A stretch of 64,000 nt of DNA from a virus, in IMG/VR virus record IMGVR_UViG_3300042197_002234, positions 64,001 through 128,000 of that record; one strand, 5' to 3'. A program made the position numbers and the translations under genes. Below, one piece after another: positions 38,054-47,640 of this stretch (its first letter is position 1; each line of letters begins with the position of its first letter). The notes beneath the pieces are model-generated. The model was given only the letters and a program-made list of their open reading frames with translations. It was not told where the DNA came from and searched no databases.

Positions 38054-40096
38054 ATGATAGAATCAATGGATAATGGTAACAAAGGTAAAACACCTAAAAC
38101 AGGTTCAGAATCTTCAACTCCTGTACTTGATAACTTTAGTCGAGATTTAATTAAATTAGCTGAGCAAGGTAAGTTAGACCCTGTAATTGGTAGAGAAAGA
38201 GAAATTACAAGAATTGCTCAAATTCTATCTCGTAGAAAGAAAAATAACCCGATTATTATAGGTGAACCTGGTTGTGGTAAGACGGCAATTGTTGAGGGAT
38301 TAGCAATTAAAATTTTCAATGGAGATTGTCCTCGTAATTTAATGGATAAAAGAATTGTATCTCTCGATATGACATCGATTGTTGCGGGTACAAAATATCG
38401 TGGTCAGTTTGAGGAAAGAATGAAAGTTATTATTGAAGAGCTACAAACAACTCCAAATACAATTGTGTTTATCGATGAAATTCACACTATTGTTGGGGCA
38501 GGCAATTCTTCAGGTTCTTTAGATGCTTCAAATATTTTTAAACCCGCACTTGCTCGTGGGGAAATTCAATGCGTAGGGGCGACAACTCTTGATGAATATC
38601 GTAAGAATTTTGAAAAGGATGGGGCTTTAGAACGTCGTTTTCAAAAGGTTATTGTAGATGCTGCCACTAAAGAAGAAACATTAGAAATACTTTTAAACGC
38701 TAAAGACAAATATGAAACATTTCATAAAGTTTCATTCTCAAATGAAATATTAAAATTATGTGTGGATTTAGCAGATAGATATATAACTGACCGTGAGTTT
38801 CCCGATAAGGCTTTTGATATTATTGATGAGGTTGGAGCTCGTAGTCAGGTCGAAATTAAAATGCCTGAGATAATTGAAAAATTAAAACAGGAGGCGGCTC
38901 AGGTTAAATTAGATAAACTTGAGGTGGTTAAAAGACAGAACTATGAAGAAGCTGCAAATCTTAGAGATAAGGAAAAACGTATTCTAACCAAATTAGAAAA
39001 TGAAAAAGTTAAATTTGAACAAGAACTTTTAACAAGTAAAAAAGAAGTTTTACCTGAATTGGTTTATGAGGTTGTTTCTAACATGACCAAAATACCAATC
39101 AATAAATTAAATTCAGATGAAACTAAATCTTTATCTGAACTTGAAAATGTTTTATCAAGTAAAGTAATAGGTCAATCTGAAGCGGTGTCAAAAATTGCAA
39201 AGTCAATCCGTCGTAATAGAATCGGAATTAAAGACCCCAAAAAACCTATTGGTTCATTTATTTTCTTGGGTTCAACAGGGGTTGGTAAAACATATTTAGC
39301 AAAACAATTAGCAAAAGAGATTTTTGGTAGTGAAGATAACATGATTCGTGTGGATATGTCAGAATACCAAGAGAAACACACCATCTCACGTTTGATTGGG
39401 GCACCTCCTGGATATGTGGGATATGATGAAGGTGGTCAATTAACCGAACAGGTTAAAAACAAACCTTACTCAGTGGTTTTGTTTGATGAGATTGAAAAGG
39501 CAAATAAAGATATTTTTGCAACTCTTCTACAAGTTTTGGATGATGGTCATTTAACTGATGGTCTTGGACGTAAAATTAACTTTAAAAATTGTGTTATAAT
39601 TATGACATCAAATGTTGGTGTTAAAAAACTACAAGATTTTGGTGTTGGTGTTGGATTTGAGACGAAGGCAAGTTCTTATATTAAAGAAGAACAAAAACGA
39701 GATATGTTAAAGAAAGAACTTAAAAAGTTTTTTGCACCTGAGTTTTTAAATAGGATTGATGAAATTATTATCTTTAATTCATTGGTTAAAGATGATGTTA
39801 AAAAAATTGTTAAGATTGAACTTGAGCAATTAATAAAAAGATTGGTAGGTTTAAACTATAATGTAAAGTTTGATGACACAATTTTAGAAATGATTTCTGA
39901 AGTAGGGTTTGATGAAATGTATGGTGCTAGACCTATTAAAAGAGCAATTCAGGATAAGTTGGAGGATTTCATATCTGAAGAGATACTTAAAGGTTCTATA
40001 GTTGAAAATACCGAATATACTTTAGTTTCGGAAAACAATGAGGTAAAATTTAAGGGTGAGAACAAAAAGGGGAAAAAGAAAAAAGAGGGTGAATAA
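38054..40096 (+). CDS. clpC: ClpC-like AAA+ unfoldase lacking the N-terminal domain
   Basis: GEPGCGKT, FIDEIH, UVR coil (YEEAANLRD), GSTGVGKT, LFDEIEK, VGF ClpP-docking loop, GARP. Confidence 0.9.
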   Translation: MIESMDNGNKGKTPKTGSESSTPVLDNFSRDLIKLAEQGKLDPVIGREREITRIAQILSRRKKNNPIIIGEPGCGKTAIVEGLAIKIFNGDCPRNLMDKRIVSLDMTSIVAGTKYRGQFEERMKVIIEELQTTPNTIVFIDEIHTIVGAGNSSGSLDASNIFKPALARGEIQCVGATTLDEYRKNFEKDGALERRFQKVIVDAATKEETLEILLNAKDKYETFHKVSFSNEILKLCVDLADRYITDREFPDKAFDIIDEVGARSQVEIKMPEIIEKLKQEAAQVKLDKLEVVKRQNYEEAANLRDKEKRILTKLENEKVKFEQELLTSKKEVLPELVYEVVSNMTKIPINKLNSDETKSLSELENVLSSKVIGQSEAVSKIAKSIRRNRIGIKDPKKPIGSFIFLGSTGVGKTYLAKQLAKEIFGSEDNMIRVDMSEYQEKHTISRLIGAPPGYVGYDEGGQLTEQVKNKPYSVVLFDEIEKANKDIFATLLQVLDDGHLTDGLGRKINFKNCVIIMTSNVGVKKLQDFGVGVGFETKASSYIKEEQKRDMLKKELKKFFAPEFLNRIDEIIIFNSLVKDDVKKIVKIELEQLIKRLVGLNYNVKFDDTILEMISEVGFDEMYGARPIKRAIQDKLEDFISEEILKGSIVENTEYTLVSENNEVKFKGENKKGKKKKEGE

Positions 40097-40109
40097 CCCT
40101 CTTTTTTTT
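40081..40109. terminator. Bidirectional terminator
   Basis: aaaagagggt-gaata-accctctttt. Confidence 0.85.
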
Positions 40110-40938
40110 AATCGAATAACGAATATCTACCGTATCTTGGATTGGAGATGTATTTATATTTATCGTACCCCAAACTCTCAATGAGTTCTTTACCTGTTTT
40201 AATACCGTTATATACATCCTCAACAACTACATACTCATTTGGTGTGTGATATCTGTAATACCCAATCGCAAAATTAATACAAGAAAAGTCGAACAACTTT
40301 TTAAGCATATACACATCAGTATATGGATGTGACTCGTATCGTCTTTCTCGATTAAATGTTTCGGTCAAAACTTTATCACATTTTTCAAAGAAATTACTCG
40401 TTGAATCAAAAAGTTGAACTCCCATACAATATTGACTAACCATAGAATTGCCAGGAGCATCAAATTGAATTGCATAACCCACGTTATCAAAGAAGTTCTT
40501 ACTTGCGTTTTTGGAACCGTGGCATCCTGTTTCTTCTGAAACAAAAAAAGCCACTTTTAAATTAGGTAATTCTTTTAAAAGTTCCAAACAGGCGAAAACA
40601 CCACACTTATCGTCACCACCAATACCTGTTGGTTTTCCTTTGTCATTATAACCTTTTAACGCAAGTTTTAATTCACCTTGGTCATTAGGTAATTGTTCTT
40701 CATGAACATTAATAATATCAAGTTGGTGTACAGTATCTGTATGTGCAACAACACATGGAAAATACTCAATATTTTCATCAGTTTGTTTAGTAACATAAAT
40801 GTTGTAATAGTCATCAACCTCAAATGAAAAATTATTCTTGGTTAACCAATCAACCAAAAATTCAATCATTCTGTCTTCTTTATACGTTTTTGTTGGAACG
40901 GATAGTACATCCTTCAACAATTGATAATCTCTTTCCAT
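40108..40938 (-). CDS. M20/M28/M42-family metallopeptidase
   Basis: AHTDTV, GGDDKCG, EETG, FD; the track's extension (MSYLCI) covers a TACCTTTG promoter, so the start is set at 40938. Confidence 0.8.
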   Translation of the reverse strand: MERDYQLLKDVLSVPTKTYKEDRMIEFLVDWLTKNNFSFEVDDYYNIYVTKQTDENIEYFPCVVAHTDTVHQLDIINVHEEQLPNDQGELKLALKGYNDKGKPTGIGGDDKCGVFACLELLKELPNLKVAFFVSEETGCHGSKNASKNFFDNVGYAIQFDAPGNSMVSQYCMGVQLFDSTSNFFEKCDKVLTETFNRERRYESHPYTDVYMLKKLFDFSCINFAIGYYRYHTPNEYVVVEDVYNGIKTGKELIESLGYDKYKYISNPRYGRYSLFD

Positions 40939-40956
40939 AATACAAAGGTAAGACAA

Positions 40957-42018
40957 TTATTTCAATTTACGAAATTTTTTTTGTTCAAATAATTCAGGCT
41001 GATATAAAAACACATTAAAATCTTCGGGACTGTAACTTCTTCTATCCTGATTACTATACGGTTTTTGTGTTGCAACCATAAGTAATTGTTTTTTAACATC
41101 AACATCATAAATATTAAAAGTTAAATCAGGGTTTTTTGGGGTTTTGTACCATGTTCCAACTTTATATTTATCTAATATAGGTGATACTTCATCAATAAAC
41201 TTTTTCATGTCCACAAAATCTTCATCATCAGTTAGTTTATCCATTATTTTTTCTAATTGGTAATCAACATTTCTATCAAAACTTTCTTGGTCAAAATCAA
41301 TACAATCTTGTTCGTACATGTATTCATACCAACTACCACCAATACTAATATCTTTACCTATTTTTTCTAAAACTTCATAAATAGTTAAAGAAGTATCGTT
41401 AACCATTTTGTATAAACTTAATAATACAGATACTGTAGTGTAATAACTATAAAAACACCCTCTTGAAAATATACCATATTGTTGAAATGCTTCACAAGTT
41501 TCAGACTCAATCATTTCTGCAGCACCTCTATTTTTACAATTATTTCTTTCTGAGGTATATTCCCATTTGATTTCATCAACTTGTCTTTCAAACATTGTTT
41601 CTAACAAATTAGACGCTTGTTCAAAATCTTCATCATCTTCAAGTTTAGAATATTTTGGAGCAATTAATTTTAATATATCAGAAACTTTTGATATGTTTTC
41701 AGGTCCAAAACCTCTAATAATATATCCTTGTTTCCAATCGTCATCAACCCAATCGCTACTTTCAAACTCAAAAGTATCATAATTTGAGTATACCCCATTT
41801 GCGAACCATATATCATCATCAGATAAATCAAATAATTTCCAATAATCCTCATTATCTGAAAATCTTAACCTAACTAAACTTTTACCAGGAACTGAAGAAT
41901 TAAATCTATAACTATAAATTAAATCATCTAATCTTTCTAATTCATAGCCAGAAATTTCTTCACCATTCTTAATCTTGACTAAAGCATCGTATATTTCACT
42001 GTTGTTTGATGATTCCAT
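40957..42018 (-). CDS. Acidic hypothetical protein
   Basis: Late motif 42035-42043. Confidence 0.55.
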   Translation of the reverse strand: MESSNNSEIYDALVKIKNGEEISGYELERLDDLIYSYRFNSSVPGKSLVRLRFSDNEDYWKLFDLSDDDIWFANGVYSNYDTFEFESSDWVDDDWKQGYIIRGFGPENISKVSDILKLIAPKYSKLEDDEDFEQASNLLETMFERQVDEIKWEYTSERNNCKNRGAAEMIESETCEAFQQYGIFSRGCFYSYYTTVSVLLSLYKMVNDTSLTIYEVLEKIGKDISIGGSWYEYMYEQDCIDFDQESFDRNVDYQLEKIMDKLTDDEDFVDMKKFIDEVSPILDKYKVGTWYKTPKNPDLTFNIYDVDVKKQLLMVATQKPYSNQDRRSYSPEDFNVFLYQPELFEQKKFRKLK

Positions 42019-42107
42019 GAATATTTATCTTAACAATAAATATTAACTTATTTGGATATTCAAAAAAGTTTCGTATATTTGTATAAGAATTAAGTTCTTT
42101 AACATAT

Positions 42108-42502
42108 GGGGGTAACTCGGAATTGACTGACATAGTTGGTTATTCGGGGCACGCAGTGAGAGGGTTCCTATCACTTAAATCTATGGAGTCAACGATTAGA
42201 CGGCAACGTTCTAAACAAAATGGCGACTATCGGTCTTATCCGTGAAGACGCTGCGGTTGTAGCCTAAGGGATTAGGAAACACCATTCGGGTCGGGAGGAC
42301 ATTAACCCAGGAACAGAAGTCCTTATCAGGTGTGGTTTCTATCTTAAAAGGAACAAGTGGAGGATTAGTTCTCAGTAAACCGAACCACTTTAAAAATAAG
42401 GGAATTGTGAAATTTCGGAACATTAGCTTAAATGTTGTCCTAAGCGTGTAGTCCTTAGTAGTCAAGATGGACAAGACGACGGTTCGAACCCGTCTACCTC
42501 CA
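42108..42502 (+). ncRNA. ssrA: tmRNA
   Basis: 5' GGGGGTA..AATTGAC; 3' T-arm GACGGTTCGAACCCGTC + TACCTCCA (G3.U70); tag ORF 42202-42267 GNVLNKMATIGLIREDAAVVA*; TATATTTG promoter 42074-42081. Confidence 0.92.
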
Positions 42503-42506
42503 CTTA

Positions 42507-43058
42507 TTAAACCTCATCTTCGGATGAGGTTTTTTTATTTAAACTAATTAGTTCACAAAATGAAATCATTTCCTCATGGGTCATAGAATTTTTTGCCAAA
42601 TTGGCGGCGATTGATATAAACTGTATGTTCCCTTTCACATAACCTTGTGATGAATCAACCCTATCGATGGATGCTGTTTTTAATTTATCATTACATCCGT
42701 TAATTTTGGGTAAAGATAACTCAACTCCAGTATACACACATGTATTTTGACGTTCCCATAGTTCTTTTAAATATTCTAAATCAATATCAAATTCATAATT
42801 ACGTTGCTTGACCCTTCGTAATAAATCTCTAAATCCTGTAAACTCATCTTTACGATTACTAGAATGTTTTGTAATGTCATATCCTGACCGATTATTAATT
42901 AATTTTTTGGTATTATATAATCCAACACACCTTCTACCACAAAAATTAAGTCTACCCTTGTCCAAATTTCTTTTTATTTCACTAGTTGGTTTATCGAATT
43001 CTAACCCACATTGGTAACAAACACATTTTTCGGTTTTTCGTTTATAAAATTTATTCAT
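42507..43058 (-). CDS. HNH-like free-standing endonuclease
   Basis: CxxC..FC..C, C.YTG, 'SIDRVDSSQGYVKGNIQF...AN'; late motif 43073-43081. Confidence 0.7.
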   Translation of the reverse strand: MNKFYKRKTEKCVCYQCGLEFDKPTSEIKRNLDKGRLNFCGRRCVGLYNTKKLINNRSGYDITKHSSNRKDEFTGFRDLLRRVKQRNYEFDIDLEYLKELWERQNTCVYTGVELSLPKINGCNDKLKTASIDRVDSSQGYVKGNIQFISIAANLAKNSMTHEEMISFCELISLNKKTSSEDEV

Positions 43059-43126
43059 ATCTTTTATTTTTCAATAAATATTGTGGATGTTAGGAAAAGT
43101 TGTGGATGTAGTAAAATTTAGTACAT

Positions 43127-43165
43127 AAAAAAAGGGAAGAACTTTTCGCGAGTTGTTCTTCCCTT
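43127..43165 (-). terminator. Terminator of the large ncRNA transcript
   Basis: gggaagaac/gttcttccc stem with T-tract on the minus strand. Confidence 0.8.
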
Positions 43166-43549
43166 GTTTTGTCCTAGGAATTTAAACCTACCGAGTCGTT
43201 AGTGACACAACTGCGGAACCCTATTTCGTTGGGTGGTACTAGTTTCACGAGTATTTTATTTTCAGTTTACATGTTTTAAGACCGTTAAACATTGTGGTTA
43301 TAATACTGTCCACATCCTAAAAATTAGTCTTTACCATTTTTTTACATTAACCATGGTGGTCTTGGTTTGACCCTACAGGGTAACTTTACTTTTTTAGTTT
43401 TTTTATGGAACAAAAACATGGTGTTGTTTGATTACTTATCAATCACCCTAAAACCTGTTGGAATAATTTGAAGGTCAGTTTTGACTCATGACTTCAGAGG
43501 ACTTACCACAATCACCTTCCTACATTGATTGGAGTCACTTGTTTTTCGG
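43166..43549 (-). ncRNA. Unassigned structured non-coding segment 3' of the GOLLD-like RNA
   Basis: No ORF; stems caatca/tgattg and tgactc/gagtca; lies between the GOLLD-like RNA and the terminator. Confidence 0.4.
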
Positions 43550-44400
43550 CTTAGGCTGAGAATACACCTTTTGTTGAGAACCTTTAGGGACATTATTGTT
43601 TCTTCCCGTTTCCACTTCCTTTTGAGAAGTATTTCTCAGTGACGGTTATTTAGGTGAACCACTCCTTGAGGTTTGAATTACTCTCATCTTACTTGACTCT
43701 TTCCGAGGATGCCTCCCCAGTTCGTCCTTGCGGGACTAAAGGTTTTTCGGATAACTACACGTTGGCTTGGGACCTCAGTGTGCAATGAACGGCTCATTAC
43801 TAAGTAGTCACCTTTCATTCAAACCTGACGGACACTTTTCCTTTTATTATTATTAAATGGTCTTTAATTTCAAATAAAGAGTTTTGTGTCGTGGATTGTC
43901 GAAGTAGTGGTCCGTCTGAGGATTTGTTATCTTTTGAACAACAAAATACCAAACTACTCCGTGAGATGTCCCCACCTCCATACTTCAAGACTACTTCGAG
44001 AAAATCCCTTTGGTAAAGGAAATTCAAGGATAATGTCGGCACCACCCGTTTGTTATCATACCTTTCGGTTTTAAGTATCCTATGATATTGGAACCCTCAA
44101 TAATGATTTTGGAAAACCATGTTTTGATTGATTCCTACGGGTTATTCCTATTGGTGTTCCCACCTCAAACAGACGACCCACATCGCCTGTTCATCTAACC
44201 ACTTTCCCTACAGCGTTGCCCTCGGTACTAAAGGTTAAACGGTATCCCGCTTGTGTACTCGACCTCGGTTTCCCAAGACGCAAATCTGTCAACACAACAG
44301 ACTCACTTTATCCCACTTTCGTGGTTTATTTAACGACCATACACGGCCGATTATCGTTTTCAAGTTATCATCACTCCGAAGAGTTACTTTCACCTGATGG
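43550..44400 (-). ncRNA. GOLLD-like giant ornate RNA (~850 nt)
   Basis: GC-richer, no credible ORF, many GNRA/UUCG hairpins; the segment GGAGTAG..ATTTTGTTGTTCAAAAG..ACACAAAAC..ACGGGAAGAAACAATAA..CAGCCTA (43960-43552) resembles my recollection of the conserved GOLLD 3' half. Confidence 0.6.
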
Positions 44401-44413
44401 ATAATTCAATAAG

Positions 44414-44741
44414 TCAAAGAACTTTTGAGAGTTGTATCTGAATCGTTGTCATTCTCAATTGTTTTACAAAGTTAAGAAGATTTTTTCTATTTGTCAAATT
44501 TTTCTTAAACTTTTTTTTTGATTACTATAACCGTTGTGGTAATATGTTTCACTTACACTTTAAATGCGAAGGACATCTGCTTTATTTCATACAGTTGAAA
44601 GTTTGTCCCGTAGTCACTTTCCTCACATACAACAGTAGCCCTACGGACCTAGACTGTTTCTGTAACCAATATTTTCAAAGAACTTTTGAGAGTTGTATCT
44701 GAATCGTTGTCATTCTCAATTGTTTTACAAATTTAAGAAGA
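44414..44741 (-). repeat. Direct repeat pair: promoter - hairpin - boxA-like unit
   Basis: 44414-44470 identical to 44675-44731 (57 nt, 261 nt apart), extendable with 1 mismatch to 44480/44741. Confidence 0.95.
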
Positions 44742-44781
44742 ATTTTTTAATCTTCCAAATTTTTAAAGAACTTTTTTTTAA

Positions 44782-44866
44782 TTTCAGACTGTGCTACCGT
44801 CACACCTAATTTGATTAATTATGTGGTTAATTAATCTCGGAATTACACCATGTGTCTTTTCTGAAA
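44782..44866 (-). ncRNA. Candidate four-way-junction sRNA
   Basis: Closing stem tttcaga/tctgaaa; hairpins acac/gtgt, gattaatta/taattaatc, tgtg..gcaca; TACCTTTG promoter 44874-44881. Confidence 0.5.
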
Positions 44867-45036
44867 TGTTTTACAAAGGTAATAAAAAAAATGTGTCTGT
44901 CAATACCCTGAGCGATATTTTTTTTTAATTTAATAATAAATATAGCCATTTTGTTAAAAATTCATTTTTTTTTAGCTTGATTGTTGATTTTTTGGTATTT
45001 GTAACCTATTTATTAATCAAATTAAATTATTTAACT

Positions 45037-45210
45037 ATGAAAAAACTATTTTTCGCAACAATGATTACACTTTCTATGGTTATGGTATCATGTGGAGGAA
45101 ACAACACCGAGGCTACGACTGAATTAACTGACTCAACCGCTGTTGATTCTACTTTGGTAGATACTACAGCCGTATCAGTTGATACTGTTTCTGTGGATAC
45201 TGCAAACTAA
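45037..45210 (+). CDS. Small lipoprotein with repeated D(S/T)x sequons
   Basis: MKKLFFATMITLSMVMVSC lipobox; DST/DST/DTT/DTV/DTA; start moved from 44977 to ATG 45037. Confidence 0.75.
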   Translation: MKKLFFATMITLSMVMVSCGGNNTEATTELTDSTAVDSTLVDTTAVSVDTVSVDTAN

Positions 45211-45233
45211 AACTGATTGAAGAATCTAAAAAG

Positions 45234-45261
45234 AAAAACCCCTCATATGAGGGGTTTTTTT
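45234..45261. terminator. Bidirectional terminator
   Basis: aaaaacccctc-atat-gaggggttttt. Confidence 0.85.
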
Positions 45262-45871
45262 ATTTCATTAATTTTTTAATCCTTACAATTTCTTCGTTTA
45301 AATTATCTTCATCTTCACTTTTGTCGTCATCTTTTTTCTTTTTAGAAAATAAGTTTTTAACATCTTTTTTAATTTCCTTACCTACGTGAGTTGCAAGACT
45401 AAATGGTGACAAAAGAATGTCCATAAACGGATTTGGATTTTCTTCAGTATCTAATTTTGGTTTTTGTGTTGTCGTTTTAGTAGTTGTTTTATCTGATTTT
45501 TTTTCTTTATCTATTTTTAGTTTTTTACTAAAAAAGTTAGAAAGTTGTTGTTTACTATCTTTGTCATTAACAATATAAAATTTAATTTTATCATCAGAAA
45601 ATTTACCAATCATGGCACCCTGTTTAACTTTTTCACCATAACTAACATTTATGTTTTCAACATCGCAAAAAACAGAGTAAAATATGTTTTCATCAAACAT
45701 ATGTTTAATTTTAATATAGTTTCTACAATTTGGTGTTTGGTCAAACACTACAATACCCTCGTAAGGTGAAACTATTTTAGTATTTGGGGATGAAGATAAT
45801 TCGGCAACTTTTTGACTTTCGTATTTAAAATCACCATAAGGAGCTGGGTTTATAAATGTTGTTTCTGACAT
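45260..45871 (-). CDS. Degenerate M23/LytM-fold protein
   Basis: SP..G.V..IKIKH..Y...V.YGEKVKQG..IG fold pattern, but no HxxxD/HxH zinc ligands. Confidence 0.6.
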   Translation of the reverse strand: MSETTFINPAPYGDFKYESQKVAELSSSPNTKIVSPYEGIVVFDQTPNCRNYIKIKHMFDENIFYSVFCDVENINVSYGEKVKQGAMIGKFSDDKIKFYIVNDKDSKQQLSNFFSKKLKIDKEKKSDKTTTKTTTQKPKLDTEENPNPFMDILLSPFSLATHVGKEIKKDVKNLFSKKKKDDDKSEDEDNLNEEIVRIKKLMK

Positions 45872-45873
45872 AA

Positions 45874-46476
45874 TTAATTATTTAAATGACCCATGAGAAC
45901 ACCCCCTATTGATGCCGCATGATTACTAATGTGGTTTATTGATTCCATACCAAGTTTGGTTTTTTTCTTAACATAATCAACACCTAATACACCAATAAAT
46001 TTATCGTCAATAGTTTTTATTGAAAAAAGATAAGCAGATTTACATCTAGTATCTTCTGCAACATATTTTAGCCCATATGTTGCAACAGTTTCATCTTTAA
46101 AATCAGGAATTTCAATAATATCATTTTCTAATAATTGATTTATTGACCTACTAAAAAGATTTACGGGAATGTTTTGAAAATTTAACTGAATTGAATTTGT
46201 ACTAGGCGTAACTGTTTCGTAAATAAAACTAAATTTGGCCATTGATTTTCCCGTGGGATAAAAATGACCTCCATTGTGAAATTGTAGTATCCAAACTCTA
46301 TCCGCAGAAAACTCATCTTTAATATGTTCAATTTTGGTTGTAACTAATTCACTGACACGTAAAGCATCTTTTACCATATCAGGGGTTTTCTTTTTTTCAA
46401 ACCTATTTTTTAAATATAAAAGAACTACAGGTCCCAAAATACCTGTAATAAATGCAACAATAACTTCTGTACCCAT
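45874..46476 (-). CDS. T4 gpT-like holin (N-terminal TM + GAF-like domain)
   Basis: Single N-terminal TM, then 'ADRVWILQFHNG' and 'IGVLGVDY' GAF-like motifs. Confidence 0.6.
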   Translation of the reverse strand: MGTEVIVAFITGILGPVVLLYLKNRFEKKKTPDMVKDALRVSELVTTKIEHIKDEFSADRVWILQFHNGGHFYPTGKSMAKFSFIYETVTPSTNSIQLNFQNIPVNLFSRSINQLLENDIIEIPDFKDETVATYGLKYVAEDTRCKSAYLFSIKTIDDKFIGVLGVDYVKKKTKLGMESINHISNHAASIGGVLMGHLNN

Positions 46477-46544
46477 TATTTATTAAATATTTCTGTTTAA
46501 TAAATATTAAAAAATAAAAAAAAAATACGACATTATGTCGTATT

Positions 46545-47624
46545 TTATAATTTTTCAAATTTTGGTTTTAGTAGTCTCCATACAATATGGTCATATGGTT
46601 TTTTATCCCACATTGCAAACATTACTGACCACAATTTAGGATTTACATATTTTTTAACATATTCCGCAAACTCTTTTTTAGAAGGTTCAGGGTCTACATC
46701 ATTATATTTACCATACCTAAAATAATCGTGTATTTTACCACAATATTCACCTATTTGATAGTGTGAATACCTTAAACCGCTTTCATATTGTTTTATTTTT
46801 TGATAAAACTCGTCAGGTATATTATCTAATAAAACTGACATATCACCATTTGATGATAGGACTTCCCACACCGAAGTTGTTGACACATTGGTCATTATCT
46901 TATGAAGACGCAAATATTCTTCACCTTTAACTTTCATTCTATCACCATTTGAAAATTTGATAACAAAACCTTCATGAGTATCTGCAATCATTTGTTTCAA
47001 ATAAGTGTAGTCGGTTATCCCATTATATTTTCTAACTAAGTTAAATCCTAAATTATTTAGTAAGTTTTTAAAACGGATATCATTTTCATTACCTGCGTGA
47101 ATATCAACCTCAACACCAGTTTTAGTGTGAATCATACCTAACAATACCAAGTCCTCAAAATCATACTGACAAACAATTCTATTTTCAGGATATATTATCT
47201 CGAATAAATAAGTGTAGTCAGTGTGTAATTTTTCGTAGTCATACTTTTTAAGTAATTCAGTTCCTTTGATAGATTGGTCAGAAGTAAATGAACCACGAGT
47301 CGCTAATACCCACTCACCTTTGTAATTAAACAAAATACCCAAAGAACCATCCATTTTTTCAAAAACTTCAAAATCGGAGGTTGCTACGTGACGATTTTCT
47401 TCCATATTGAAAAACTTCTTAAATGGTCTGGCAACTACGTTTCCTTCATTATCAGTAACTAAACCGCGACATTGCAGAGTTATTTCATCCCATAATCTGT
47501 ATTGGTCATATTGCACACCGTATTGAGTCTTTGGTGTATAATTCCAAATAGTCAAAGGAAGAGTTGGGTGAACTTGTTTCATCACCAACCCTTCCTCAAG
47601 ATATTTGTTTAACACTTCTAACAT
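46545..47624 (-). CDS. T4 Rnl1-like RNA ligase
   Basis: CRGLV..VARPF.KFFN, EKMDGSLG, FEII, EGFVI, KVK.EEY. Confidence 0.9.
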   Translation of the reverse strand: MLEVLNKYLEEGLVMKQVHPTLPLTIWNYTPKTQYGVQYDQYRLWDEITLQCRGLVTDNEGNVVARPFKKFFNMEENRHVATSDFEVFEKMDGSLGILFNYKGEWVLATRGSFTSDQSIKGTELLKKYDYEKLHTDYTYLFEIIYPENRIVCQYDFEDLVLLGMIHTKTGVEVDIHAGNENDIRFKNLLNNLGFNLVRKYNGITDYTYLKQMIADTHEGFVIKFSNGDRMKVKGEEYLRLHKIMTNVSTTSVWEVLSSNGDMSVLLDNIPDEFYQKIKQYESGLRYSHYQIGEYCGKIHDYFRYGKYNDVDPEPSKKEFAEYVKKYVNPKLWSVMFAMWDKKPYDHIVWRLLKPKFEKL

Positions 47625-47640
47625 AACACAAAGATACTAA

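Noticed and set aside
43081-43109. DnaA boxes / origin (TTGTGGATGT x2)
   Set aside because: Only 7/9 match to the consensus, two copies, adjacent to an HNH promoter; more likely a local operator or chance
43815-44404. Short ORFs 43815, 43886, 44216
   Set aside because: Lie inside the GOLLD-like RNA and have atypical composition
44414-44741. CRISPR array (repeat contains GTTGTATCTG, like some Cas13b repeats)
   Set aside because: Only two 57-nt copies 261 nt apart, each containing a promoter and boxA; no spacers, no terminal CAAC, no cas genes
42061-44900. rRNA genes
   Set aside because: boxA-like leaders are present but no 16S/23S/5S conserved sequence
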